From Amoebidium appalachense (lineage: Eukaryota; Protista; Ichthyosporea): a DNA stretch of 64,000 bases. The notes beneath the pieces are model-generated. The model saw nothing but the letters and a program-made list of their open reading frames with translations. It was not told where the DNA came from and did no database searches. The translations under genes and the position numbers were made by a program. The stretch lies in contig CAVNZM010000006.1 in NCBI GenBank assembly GCA_963693365.1, forward strand, positions 1,860,001-1,924,000, in the 5' to 3' direction. Shown here one piece after another: positions 40,942-53,784 of the stretch. The number at the start of each line of letters is the position of its first letter. Within the stretch, counting starts at the first letter, position 1.

Positions 40942-41860
40942 GGGCACATGGTGGTAGACTGGATCTTGGTGGCGGTACTTAATGGTTATTATAGTAGTGG
41001 CAGGAGGGTGTGGGGGGAAGGGCAAACGGACGTGCAGGGGACAAACTGCAGATGGGGCACAAAGGGGAAAGAAGGTGAAAGTTGGTGCAATGACTTGGAG
41101 GGTTTGCGCGCGCCGGGAGGCGGGGGGAGGGGGGGGGGGGGGGGGGGGAGGGGGGGGGGGGGGCAAACGGCCGGAGATGGGTGTGTAGCGTTTTTGAGAT
41201 GGGAAAAGCCATACAGACTTACGAAAATACAGAGAGGTGAGATGAACACGAGGGACTAGAGGGAATGGGGGGGATGGTCCTGATGGGAGGGTGGTGGAGT
41301 TCTAACAGTACTTGGGGTTCAGGCAAATACCTGAGTGCCGTGTATACTGAGTTCAGCGACCGCACGGCAAAGTACCAGAGCCTGGACACGCAGCTCAAGC
41401 CCGTAAACAACGTGCTCAAGGCCGACCACACCTTCCAAATTGGGAAGCTCACCGGCATCAATGGGGAGCCTCTGTACCGAGGCCTATGGACTTGTGTAAA
41501 CGAGCTTGGCGGTGTGTGGTCCCTCCTCTTCTCCCCCCTCCCCCCACTCTCCCCCAGGCCCCCTCTCCCCCCCCCCCCCCCCCCCCACACACCCCCACCC
41601 CCCCCCCCCCCCCACACACACACACACACACGCCCCCCTCCCCCCCCCCTCCCCCCCCTCCCCCTCTAGGGCCTTTAAATCTCTTAGGCTCCACATTTAA
41701 TGAGGTGGCACACTGTGAGTAGAGGTTTGTAGTATGTGGGTTTTGGGGACAATTCTTGCCCTGTCGAGCAAAAACTAGGAAGCTCCAGATATGTGTGTAT
41801 GTGTTTTTGCTGGGTAGAGATTGGGGTGGGCTGGGGTGGAGCTTTCTTTTGGCGGGGAAT

Positions 41861-41912
<52 letters not shown>

Positions 41913-43533
41913 AGCTTCTGCCAAGCAGAATGGGAGTAGGGGCCAGTGATTGCAAGGGATGCAGGGGGGGGGGGGGGGGGGGGGGGAGAGACACCACCGT
42001 CGGGGTTGAAGGTAGAGAGGGCAAGAGGCCCGGGGTGGGGTGGGGGGGGGGGGGGGGGACAGTAGGTGCCATATGGAGGGCTGTCCCATGGTTTGGGGGG
42101 AGGGGGAGTGGGGAAGGATCGTGGGCACATGGGTTTGGGGGGAAGGCAGAGAGGGGGAAAGGATTGTGATCACAAGGGTTTAGGGGGAGGAAGGGGGAAG
42201 GATTGTAGGTACATGGGTTTAGGGGGAGGGGGGGGGGAAGATTTTGGGGGAAAGGGAGGCCTGGGGAAAGTATGTGGGCACATGGGTTTGGGGGGAAGGA
42301 GGGGGAAGGGTTTTGGGGGAGAGGGAGGGGAAAGTATGTGGGCACATGGGTTTGGGGGGAGGGAGGGGGAAAGGATTGTGTGGGCACTGAAGTCTCGTGA
42401 AGGGCCATGTGGTAAGGGAAGCTAGAACATGCATGGCCGCTCGGAGATGCCCTCTCACACAGTGCGGCACCCCAGAGATCCGGGCGCAGGTATTTACACG
42501 GGACTGCAGCCACCAGGAGATTGAGCCCGTGATCCAGCGCATCTCTGCCACCACGGCGGCGCTCAACAGCAAGGGCCCGGCCTTCTTCTACACAGATCGG
42601 TGCTGCCAAGACCGGGCGTTTGTTGAGCGCATGTTTCCAACCCTAGCCCGGCCAAAATGCCCCGTCCGTCTGAACGAGGCTGCGCTGGTAAGCGTGACGG
42701 ACGGTCTGCCTGGGCTGGAGCTGCCGGCCAACTACCCTAAGCCGGTGTACACCGACTGCCAGGGGGCGGTGGTGGCTACAGCGGCCATTCGTGCCGACCT
42801 GGAGGGGCAGCAGCACCGCGTGGTGGGGCTGGACTGCGAGTGGGTCTATCGGGTGGGCCAGGCGCGGTCCAAGGTTTGCACGCTGCAGATTGCCACCGCA
42901 CGGGCCGTGTACATCTTCCACTTGGCACGCATGGGCCCCAACCACAGCCCGCCCGCGCGGCTGGTGGACGAGCTGATTGCGCTGCTTAGGGACCCCAGCA
43001 TCATCAAGGTGGGCAAGCAGATCGGCACGGACTCGGCCCACCTCAACAAGGACTACGGCACCCCTGTGGCCAGCTATCTGGAGCTGGGCCGGTTCTGCTA
43101 TGCCCGTGCAGCTATCACCTCTGCGGCCCGGGGCTTGGCCGACATCACTGCCCAGGTCATAGGCAAGAAGCTGCCCAAGCCGGCACTTGTTCGATGCTCC
43201 AACTGGCACGAGCCGCTATCAGAGGTGCAGGCCACCTACGCTGCCCTTGATGCATATGCGTCCCTGCAGGTCTACTCGGCCGTGGTCGATAGGCCAAACC
43301 TGTCAGGTGTGTATCCCACCTGCTTTTTGCCCCAGTGCTTATGTGCTTATGCCAGATATAGAAAGATTGTGGGCCCCCCAGAGGAGAGGGGGAGGGGGGA
43401 GGGGGGGGGGAGGGGGGGGGGGGGGGGGGGGGGGGGGGTGGCTGACCACATGGGCCAGTGTTCCAGTTGTGTTATGCTGGGTGTCGGGTGGCTATCAAAG
43501 GAGGGGGTGATTGGTGGTGGTGGTGGTGGTGGT

Positions 43534-43566
<33 letters not shown>

Positions 43567-44616
43567 CTATAGCACTGTTAACACGTGCAAGTGCCACACA
43601 AGCTGGGCACTGGGAGAGGGGGGGGGGGGGGGGAGGGAGAAGGGGGGGGGGGGGGGGGGAAGGGGGTTGCTAAGGAATATGCATTTGATTTTTGTGGAGC
43701 GAAGAGAAAAACGTTGGTGCTGTGGCTTTTTGGCTGAGTTTTTTGCTTCCCTCTATGACATGCAGCGCGGCTTCATGCAAAGGCACTCGGTGAAGGGGTT
43801 GAGATTGTGCCCCGGCGGGGCCCACATGCTGCAGCAGCCACCGGGGTGGTGCTGGCTGTGCAGCCGGAGCGCTGGGGGGGCATGAAGGTGGGCAAGAAGC
43901 ATGCAGTGGTGCGGGTGGATCAGGTGCTGTCGCCGGCCATGCAGGTGCCCTTTGGCCCCGACAAGGGCAAGACCCTGGGAGAGCTGGGCCCGCCGCCCTT
44001 TGAGCTGATGGTGCACCTGCAGTGGCTACGGCCCATTCAGCCCCCACCGGACCCAGGTGCCGAGGTGCCGGTGGTCCCTGACCCAGCCCCTCCCCCTGCC
44101 AGTCCTCCCCCTGCCGAGCAGCAGCAACCCCTTGCCGGCCCACAGGCACCCCCCCAGGACCCCCAGGCAGCCCCGGGGGGCCTTGAGGCAGCCCCAGGGG
44201 GACCCGAGGCAGCTCCCAGAGAGGGCATGTTGGGCCAGGCACCGCCTGGGGAGGTGGTGTGGCAGACTGTGCTGAATGACGCCTTCCACTCCATTGCAAA
44301 CACGGCGGACGGCACGTACAAGTCACACCCCCGCAGGGCTGAGTACGCACGCGCACTCAGCGAGGCAATATTTGTGTGGAATGAAGAGGATTACGGACAT
44401 GTGAAGGTGCCCTCTCTCCCCCCCCCCCCCCCCCCCAAAATAAAAAATAAAAAATAAAAATAAAAAAAACGGCAACAACAACATGCGTGACTGACGCGCA
44501 CACACACATACACTCGTTAGCACACACTCACCATTCCACCCACAACCATGCACACCTTCGACAAAACTTCTGAGGGAAGAGAGAGAGCCTGAGCCTCAGA
44601 GAGAGGGGGGGGGGGA

Positions 44617-44660
<44 letters not shown>

Positions 44661-45249
44661 GGGGGGGAGGAGAGTGGGGGTTATTCATATGCCTAGAGAG
44701 AAATAATGTAGGGTTGTGGGGGGAAATAGCCACATGCATTTTTTACTTGTGTTGGGGGAGAAGATGGGGGGGGTGGAGGGGAGGGGTCCTACAATAACGG
44801 CAGGTATCAAAGTCTACCAAACCCAAATTGCAGTGTGCGTAGTAAATTAATATTGGCATCCTGCCTCACAGGGGGTGCTGGAGCAGAAGGGCATCGACAT
44901 TGAAACCGAGCTCAAGGGCGGCGACCTGAGCTACTTCATGGAGCGCATCCGGCGGGTTATTCCCGACCCATACACGCTGGTCTCGCGGCTGGTGGAGTTC
45001 AAAAACACCTACAAGGATGTGCCGCCCGGACCGGATGGCAAGCCTCTGTTCAAGAAGGATGGCTTTGAAAGACTCGAGGCAACATCCCCCCCCCCCCCCC
45101 CCTCCCCCCCTGCAGGCGCCCAACAACTCCACCACCACAGAAAAGATTCTTCGCTTATTTGTCATCCTTGGTTCATCTGCACACATACGCACACCCTAGC
45201 CTCCCCCCCCCCCCCCCCCCCCCCTCCCCCCCCCAAACATACACACACA

Positions 45250-45311
<62 letters not shown>

Positions 45312-45389
45312 CCCGCACGGCCCTTGCTGCCTAGCCAGTTGTTTTTTGCCTTTCCCTGCTCGTTTTTTTCCTTAGCAACCCCATCCCCC

Positions 45390-45442
<53 letters not shown>

Positions 45443-47091
45443 CCACCACCACCACCCACCCATCTCTCTGATGTTTGCTTGTGCCCCCACAGTCGCTGCT
45501 CGAACACGCCCAAAATGGCTGTCTGTCGGACCCCCCCGGCCTGCCCCTCTACTACGAGACCACTGCCGACGCAGATGGGCTCATGCGCTACCGCTGCATC
45601 CGGGGCACCAACGAGGTGGAGGGGGCAGTGCACAACCCCCTGGCCACCCACTTTGGGGCCACACGCATGTCGCTGCGCCTGCTGGACGCCACCATGTCCA
45701 ATAGGCGCCACCGCCACAACCTGCGTGCACACTACCGCAACCGCCTGGGCCAGGCATCGGGGCCCCCCCACTACAGCCCCTGGATTGTTGACGACATGGA
45801 GGCACTGGCGCTGATGCTGTACGGCCATCACCTCGACCCCCAGTGGGTACCCGTAGGCTGCTACAAGCTACCGGAGGAGTACTTCAACTTTGCCCCGCTC
45901 TCCTGTGTGGCCAATGCCCCGGCGCAGGAGCCAGTTGCGGTGCCCGCACCCCCACCTCCGTCTGATAACATCGAGCCTGCAGCCAATGGCGTGATGGGCG
46001 GGCCAGAGGACTGTGAGGTCGAGGAGGGTGACGGTGCTGCCATGGGGGGGGGCAACCAGGTGGCGCGTGGTGCACCACAGCCGGACCCTGCACTGAGGGG
46101 CGACTACAAGTTCCTGGCGCAGAAGCAACATGTGGCCATCCCCTTCCTTCCGGTGCTTACCCCTCAGGAGCGCAAGCTATTCAGCACGCAGCTCCTGGGC
46201 ACCTACAAGGCACATGCAAAGCCCAACGGCCAGCTGTTCGAGGCTTTGGCCCAAGACTTCAACAAGGCTGCCTCTGTGGCTGGGGGAATCTACATGAAGG
46301 ATGCGGCCTACATCAAGAAGCATTTCGACAAGTGGAAGACCTGGCAGACGGCACATGCACAGCGCTCCACACACGAGGGCCTGGCAGATCACCGCAAGCG
46401 TATGCGCGAGGAGAGGGCAGACGCTGTGCCAGCAACCATACGGCCTGCCCCCTTGCCACCCCTCCCTGTTCCAGACGGTGTCGATGCAGGGGCGCAGCGT
46501 GAGCGGCCCTTGCCCATGCTAGTGGGCAAAAAGCATCGCAACATTGGCCCTGAGGGGCCCCTGCAGATGGATTTGCCGGTGCCCCCTCCTATGCAGCCAC
46601 CCCAGAGAGCCCCCAAGACCTGCAAGACGTGTGGCCGCCAGGGCAAGGGCTGCCCCGGCTCCAATCGGGCCAAGAGCTGCCCACGTTGGGTTGCAGCCAA
46701 TCAGGATGCCATGCCACCAGCACCCGCGCTTGACATGCAGCAGGGCCATGTGCCGCACATGCCCCCTGCACCCCATCCAGGCCCGCACCACCCACATGGC
46801 TGGCCCCCACCGTGGGGCATCATGCCGCCTCAGCCCGGCCCTGCCTTCCCCATGCCTGGGCTACTGCCGCAGCACGGTCCCCATCCTTACTTGGGCCATG
46901 TGGGCCAGCCCTCGGCTGGTGGGCAGTTCCCACCCCCTTCTCGTGCATCTGCTGTGCTGGGCCTGGCGTTGCCACCTGCTGGAGAGACGCAGCTGCAATG
47001 GCACGATCGAAAGCAAAGTAATCGTGGCCGCAAGTCTGCAGGCAGCCAATCAGGATCTCAGAGTAGTCAGAGTAGCCAAACTAGTGTCTAA
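39203..47091 (+). CDS. DDE transposase (DUF6729/MULE-like) with an inserted DEDDy 3'-5' exonuclease domain
   Basis: Exons 39203-40352, 41323-41511, 42476-43306, 43766-44406, 44872-45078 and 45493-47091 join in frame. Motifs in order: GGAREGAGRKK; RRVIDFD...RYFCDTC...LP...FPAYLSHRSGLD (DUF6729-like); first Asp KADHTF; NELGEIRAQ; second Asp FYTDRCC; exonuclease VVGLDCEW / KVGKQIGTD / SNW...YAALDA; DAFH (C/DxxH); SDPPG; RCIRGTNEVEGAVH (catalytic Glu); C-terminal CKTC...CPG...C. Confidence 0.82.
42085..42388 (+). repeat. G-rich ~40-bp minisatellite in transposase intron 2
   Basis: About six imperfect units of TGTGGGCACATGGGTTTGGGGGGAAGG...GGGGAAAGGA. Confidence 0.6.
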
Positions 47092-47177
47092 TATTGGAAT
47101 GTACACCAATGTAACGGATCTCATATGTGTTGTAGTGCTTCAAGTTATACCTGTTCTTCGTACAGTCATGTTAGGGG

Positions 47178-47209
<32 letters not shown>

Positions 47210-47536
47210 GCTAGCTTTCATTCCGAAGTTTACTGTAAAGAATTAAAATTTAGAATCTGAGTAATAGTACAGAGCCTTTGCACTTTTCTCTGTTTGTTAG
47301 GAATTCTTTGTGATCGAGAGTATGGTGTGTTAGACTATTGGTGTTAATGTGTCCTGGAAGGTGTATAATGTCTGCTGGCCGTAGTCAGTATCTATTTTTA
47401 GGTATATAGTATATTTTTAAATGTTGGCCGCTGGCCAATAAATAGCAAATAATAAACACACGATAAAGTCAACAGCGTGCCAAAAAACTAATCCCCAGCG
47501 AGCGCACCCAGTGATGTGTGTGTGTGTGTGTGTGTC

Positions 47537-47598
<62 letters not shown>

Positions 47599-48927
47599 CG
47601 CGCGCGTGCGTGCGTGTGTGTGTGTGTGTGTGTGTGTGCGTGCGTGCGTGCGTGTGTGCGTGTGTGCGTGTGTGCGTGTGTGCGTGTGTGTGTGTGAGTG
47701 TGTGTGTGTGTGTGTGTATGTGTGGTGTGGTGTGTGCGCGGCTTGTACATATGTACGTGTTCATGTGCACCTGTGTCGGACCTACGAAGTACATGAAAGT
47801 AAATTTTGACAGCATCGATCTGCCGGTGTGTATGTGTATGTGTGCCAGTGCAGCAGGTGTGCCTTGTAACTGATAGCTTCGCATTTTACGTGTGTGTATA
47901 TATAGTAGTACGCATAGACACTTGCTGATCATTCGGATCGACATTAATATTTAATCTGTCGGTCCTCGGTTTTTTGAGTGAATGATGATCAAGTGTAAGA
48001 GCATTCACTTGGCAAGTATTAATGTTGCAGAGGCTAGCTGCAGCTGCAAGCGTCGGATGCACACTGACAATTGTCTTTTCAGCGAGTCTAACCTGCAGGC
48101 AGCAGCTGCACACATATAGGGTTGTTATCTTGCGGCACATGCACGGTGATCATTTCAGAGTAATAGAGTTCAGAGCAATGAAAATAATGAAAATAACTAA
48201 ACTTTGTGACTACTTTAAAGTTGCTGAGATCATACGTGGTGCAAGCTGCACTATGAACACATGTATAGTGCTAGTAATTAATACATTTTTGTTGCCTTCT
48301 GCAGGGTTATCGTAGCTACGTCACGGCCTGCACTCAGGGGGGGGGGGGGAGGGGGGGGAGAGGGGGGATGATTCGAAGGGGGTATAAATAAGAACATGCA
48401 CCTAAAGGTCTTTCCCGTGGATCCTCCCCCCCTCCCCCCCCACCTCTCCCCCTCCCCCGGGGCCCCATACTATGATATCTAGGCCCAATATTATATGCCC
48501 CTTCCCCCCCCCCCCCCCCCCCCCCCTCCTCTCCGGATCCCCGGACCCCACTTCCCTACCCGGAGGCTCAAGAGCTCCCCCTTCCCCTCTCCCCCCCCTC
48601 CCCCCCCCCCCCCAAGGCTTACGGGGGCCCTTCTTCATCGAGGGGGAGGGGGTGGGGGTGGGGGGGGTGGGGGGAGGGGGTGGGGGGGAGGGAAGTGGAA
48701 GGGCGGGGGGTGGATGCATGTCAGCCTAGGTGAATTCAATTGTTTAACTCCAGTGTGCAGGACTGGTCTGAAGGCTTAAGAAAACAACGAGGAAATGGGG
48801 TCCAGTGGAGGTGGTGGTGGTGTTCTGTGTGTGTGTGTACACGTGCACGTATGTGTGTGGTTTTTTTAAGGGGTGAGTGGTGGTGGTGGTGGTGGTGGTG
48901 GTCACCGTGGTGGTGGTGTGTGTGTCT

Positions 48928-48975
<48 letters not shown>

Positions 48976-49922
48976 GGGGGGGATAGAAAGAAAAACTGCT
49001 CGTGGGTCACTGTTTTTCGTCACTGTATTTGTAACGGGCCGCTCATATTTATATAACTACTTTAATTTAAGTACACGTGTTCATTATCATATACGATGGC
49101 CAAATATAGAAATTTTGGCGTCGAAGTTCTTGGAGCTAAAAAAACGTTTAAAAGGGGGAAATAATAGCTTGGCCCCAAATTTACCTTGCCGTTTTTAGCG
49201 AATGTATTTTTTATTCATGAGTTCTAGTGATTCAGTGAGTGCACGTGCCTGCCTCAGGCTGATCATGACAACTGCAACACACCATTCCTACATGGATATC
49301 AACCAAAAGAAAATAGTATATACTGTGGTGGTCTCCTAAACCTTGTGCGGCATGCGCATACATGATATTACAGTGACGCATGTGCATATTATTGTTCTGT
49401 ACACCGGAGTGTGCCGGTGCACGTGGCTGTTTTGTGCACATGTTACAATAGCAGCACGATCTCCCTAAACTCCATGTTTACACATCCCTCACCCTGGCTC
49501 TGCCTTGTCGGTGCTCCAAAACACACATACAAATCCCCCTAGACTCAGTGCCTGCACATGGTCGCATTCACGTGCAGGTCACGTGACACATGCGATGCCA
49601 TACTGCCGTCTACAGCAACAACCACGGCAGCATGTATACCGGCCCAGCACGAGATATACTTATCGGCAGCCCACTGAACTCGCCCATTTTCTCTTTTTCA
49701 TGTATGTCCCTCCTTTTTTGTAAAATCACCCTTTTTGGCCTCCCGGTAGTGGATTTTGCAGGATTTGACTTCTTTGAGGTCCAAAAACCTCAAATTTTCC
49801 CCGGCGGGGCCGGGGAGGGAGAATTCAAAAATTGCCCGCTCCTGATATGGTACCCGGGCCCTTTGAAAAAAATTTAGGGGGGCCAGAAGCCGGGTAGGGG
49901 GGCCCCGCGGGGGGGGGAGCCT

Positions 49923-49985
<63 letters not shown>

Positions 49986-50035
49986 CTATGTATGCATTTG
50001 TGCACGTCCAGGATGTTCCCAAACGCTTTTCCCGA

Positions 50036-50073
<38 letters not shown>

Positions 50074-50859
50074 CTTCCCTCTTTTGGCGAATCCCAAACC
50101 GTCGAATCTGGGCCCTACCCCAAAGTTATAAAAACTTAATTCAAACCCTGTCCTCAGAAAATTCGTGTACAGATTGAATGATTGACAAAACGATATGATT
50201 GGTGAAATTTCCCGCCATGTCCATATATGGTTACATGGAGGGGAGGTGTGTGACAAGGTGGCCCGCATCATCTCATCAACTCCGAGTTGTGATCATGTTT
50301 TTTTAAGAAGTGATAGAGACTTCAGGTTATAATCATTATAAAATGCATCCATTTTTATTGCTATTTCTATAAGGCATACCAGAAAAAGAAGTATTTAGAT
50401 CTTTGCCCCGACATGTTTTGGTCATTCCTAGGCACCCCAATCAAAACCAGCTAAATTTGAGGGTGGCAAAAAAACGCACTGTGACTTTCTTGCTGTGGTT
50501 TACACAGGTTGCACTATAGATACATAGTCTTAAGGCTTCTGCATCTCCGTGTACACTGCAGTTTCAGCCAGAAAGCTTGTTTAGAATAATATTTCGTAAA
50601 TGATGAAAATTAAATAAAAAATCTTATAGGAGAAATTTATTTGCTAGTCAGGCTCCCTGTCCCTGTAGCTCGAATTGGTAATCCTATCAACACTCCTACT
50701 CCATAGTGTTTACCAGAAGGCCTGTTTACTTCGCTCGCTGGCTCACTTTCAGAGTTTGAAAACTCCATGGCAGAGTTATCAGAAAGTGGCAGTGTGCGAG
50801 AGGCTTCATGTTCCCTTGCATATTTTTTGTAACTTTAGAGAGTAGCACACTTTTTGAGA

Positions 50860-52310
50860 ATGAATGAACAATCGACACCATCGCATGAGGAACCGCTTCC
50901 TGCGGACCTTCCCTGCTACCGTTGCGGTGTTCTGCTTGCCCCTATAGGGTACACAACAACACGCGGGCATACCTTGTGTGCACCATGTTATGACGAAGAA
51001 CGTGCTGATTCAGACAAGATGTTTGTGACTTTTTCTCAATTGGACCCACTTAATTCCAGCGGTGCAGCGGTGAATGTGTGCGTGAAACAGCTTGTGAGCA
51101 TGGTTTTTCCTTACGCGAAGTCAATCATGGAGCTGTTGTCTGAGGCCGAGGGACTGTTGAAACAAGCCAAATTGGCAGAGGCAAGAAACATGTGCAAGCA
51201 GGCATGGGCACAAGCAACTGGTGTTACGGACGGGAAACAGGTCGGGGCGGATGTTTTCTTCGCAATTGCCGCGACGGCATCAAAAATCGACATAACATTG
51301 TTTAATCGCCCTGAGGCTTACACGTGGGCACTGATGGCTCTTGAACTTTCTAGGCACGTTACGGTTCGCAGCGAAGAGCGTGCACAGGCACTCGTAAAAT
51401 GCGCACACCAATCACTTTTGAGTAGCGGGAAAACGGAGGACGAGATATCCGAGCTAAGAAGGGAAATTCTCGAGATGAATATTACACCAAACATGCGTGT
51501 GCGTAGGGAACCGCAAGCAGAATTGCTTCAGAAAGCACTCGAAGATCCTCTCGAATGTCCCGTGTGTCTGCATGTTTTGTTTGAACCCATCACCCTTCCC
51601 ACCGGGCACACTGTGTGCAAATCATGCATGAGACGCAGTCTCGAAGTCACGGATCCATATACAGGTACTGCGGTACGCCCGCTCTGCCCGCTTACACGCA
51701 CACCGCTAGATGGGTATGTGGCGTGGGTGAACATGGGCCCGGGAAACTTGAGCATCGTGCGTGTAGTTGAGAGCTTTCTTCACAAGTATTACATGAAAGA
51801 GGTGGAGGAAAGACGGGTGCTGATCGAGGCAGAGTTGAGAGAACAGATGTCGGACAGTGGCTGGGTGCCGATCTTCGTCTGCACAATAGCATGGCCAGGC
51901 GTGGCCTGCCCCCTGCATGTAAGTAGGAACTACCACCTAAACTTTGCGGTTATGCCTTTTGCTTGTTTTTCGCATAGTATGGTTAGCGGGGTGGAGGTGT
52001 GAAAAGAAGGGGTGTGTGCATGCGGCAGGTTGTATGTGTGGGGGGGGGGGGGGGGAGGGGGGAGGGGGAGGGGGAGGGGTGGAGGAGTGTGTGTTTGGGG
52101 GAGGGGGAAGGGGAGGGAGGGGGGGACGTTAAATAGGAGTGCACAACTGACTGTTGCTTCGTAACGCTATGTAAGTGGCTACAGGCTTACTTGTCAGAAT
52201 TTCTCTTTTTCGCCTGCGTCTCTTTCTTTGTTCTGGTTTTTTTCATTTGCTTTTTTCCATTCTTTATTTTTTGTTGGTTTACTGCAGTTCTCCTGTCTCA
52301 AACTGGTCAG

Positions 52311-52345
<35 letters not shown>

Positions 52346-53488
52346 CCCCCTTCCCCTCCCCTCGAGTCCCCTTCCTCCCCCCCATGCCCCCCCGAGGCTT
52401 CTTTGGGATTTGGCCATGGGCATGTATGATTGGGTTTCATCATGCTGTGCTCACACTATATCTCCCCCCCCCCCCCCTCCCCCCCCCCCCCCCCCCCCCC
52501 GAAACACGTCCCCTTAAGTCTGAATCCCCCCCCCCCACCCTCCCCCCCTCCCCGTCCCTCTCCCTTTCTTGCCCCGCCACACCTCACACCCACATACATA
52601 CCTGCCTCCACTCACGTTGTGTCTTGCTCGATCCCCCCCCCCCCCCCCCCCCCCCCCCCCCACACACACACACAACCTCTACAGGTTTTCGAACCTCGCT
52701 ACCGCCTAATGATGCGTCGTGCAATGGAATCCGGGTTTCGCCAATTTGGAATGTGCGCGTACACCGGGGAAGGCCCATTCACCGACATTGGTACAATGTG
52801 CAGCATTCGCAATCAGCAAGTTTTGCCTGACGGTCGGATGTATATCGACGCTGTGGGGGCGTACCGATTTAGGGTTAAGGAGAGGAGCATGCGTGATGGA
52901 TATCATGTGGCTAAAATCGAGCCGCTAGTGGATGAGGATGACGTCACACTGCCACTGCCTGCAGGTGATGACGTGGCGGTGAGAAGGCGGCAGCTGATTC
53001 TGTCCACTTATGAGGTGTGTGTGTGTGTGTGTGTGTATGTGGGGTTGTTTTTTGTTTTGTTTTTTTGTTTTTTGTTTTTTTTTGGGGGGGGGGGGGAGGG
53101 GGGGGAGGGGGGTTGAGCGCGCGTGTGTGTGTGTGGTCGTGGGTGTGGAGGGGTGGGTGTGTGCATGTGTGTGTGTGGGTGTGGATGGGTGGGTGTGTGA
53201 GTGTGTGTTTGTGTGTGTGTGTGTTTGTGTGTGTGTCTGTGCGTGTGTGTGTTAAACACTCGTTGGTTGTGTGTCTGAGGGTGGTAACAGTAGAATTTTT
53301 GTGTTGGGAAGTAGGGCAACAGACAGTGTCGTTTTTCTTCCTCGTCTGTTGGAAGCAAGTTTTGAGTGGGTGGAGGAGGTGGTGGTTTGCTTTGTGTGCA
53401 TGCGCGTGTGCCTGTCCCTTTTTTATTATTCGGATGGGGGGGGGGGGGGGGTTGCTATGCTCTGGGGGGGGGGGGGGGTGTTGCTATG

Positions 53489-53535
<47 letters not shown>

Positions 53536-53563
53536 TTCTTTTTTTCCTTTTGTGTGTGTGTTT

Positions 53564-53594
<31 letters not shown>

Positions 53595-53743
53595 GGGGGG
53601 GGGGGGAACGTGCAATGTGCAAACACCATATCGATATCCCCGAATAATATACTAATGTGCCCCCCCACTCCCCACCCACCCCCCTCGCCCCCTGTGGCAT
53701 AAAACATGCACACCACATGCGTGTGCACGCATGCCCCCCCATG

Positions 53744-53784
<41 letters not shown>

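Larger units (their letters stand above)
38540..50110 (+). mobile_element. Large MULE-like (DUF6729-type) DNA transposon with degenerate long TIRs; boundaries approximate
   Basis: Contains the transposase gene. Four short blocks recur in inverted, colinear order: GATTCGA..GGGAT 38543 / 50091-50108; AAAAGAGTTTGGGAA 38569 / TTCCCAAACGCTTTT 50016; CCCCTAAATT 38862 / AATTTAGGGG 49871; CAT..CAGGAGC ~38895 / GCTCCTG..ATG 49838. No TSD identified. Confidence 0.55.
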
